From an uncultured virus (IMG/VR IMGVR_UViG_3300034062_004993) (taxonomy: Duplodnaviria; Heunggongvirae; Uroviricota; Caudoviricetes): DNA of 54,786 nucleotides. The notes below the pieces were generated by a model. That model was not told the DNA's origin. It was given only the letters and a program-made list of their open reading frames with translations, and did no database searches. Where the stretch lies: IMG/VR virus record IMGVR_UViG_3300034062_004993. One strand, 5' to 3'. The position numbers and the translations under genes were made by a program. This document shows positions 54,692 to 54,786 of the stretch, one piece after another (position 1 is the first letter of the stretch; every line of letters starts with the position of its first letter).

Positions 54692-54786
54692 AACTTTTAT
54701 TCATTAATAATTGTGTATTCTGAGGCTTCTAATAAATCCAGTATATGTGCTATCTCATAAAGGTCTAATGTTTCTAATGAAATTTC

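Overview
AT-rich fragment of a large (jumbo-type) tailed phage, most likely infecting Bacteroidota. The host inference rests on TTTG..TAnnTTTG promoters, a T9SS-type C-terminal domain and a DUF4494-like gene. Virtually all real genes are on the minus strand. 1-6 kb: baseplate/structural genes. 6-26 kb: sigma-like factor, HD protein, ClpP, UvsE, PurA, Hsp20, MORN-like repeat proteins, MoxR AAA+/vWA pair, thioesterase, dCMP deaminase, T9SS-type secreted protein. 22-32 kb: 28 canonical tRNAs covering all 20 amino acids, an HNH gene inserted in tRNA-Lys, a boxA-like leader and several candidate structured RNAs. 33-55 kb: early/accessory region of small ORFs driven by a repeated promoter module. 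Two systems stand out. (1) A dispersed family of 14 full and 2 truncated tRNA-like elements with constant acceptor/D/T arms and a hypervariable 29-73 nt centre replacing the anticodon arm, often alternating with single genes. (2) An integron-like array of attC-type cassettes whose ORFs run antisense and start inside the attC sites. All calls are from reading the sequence by eye; no database searches or folding programs were run.
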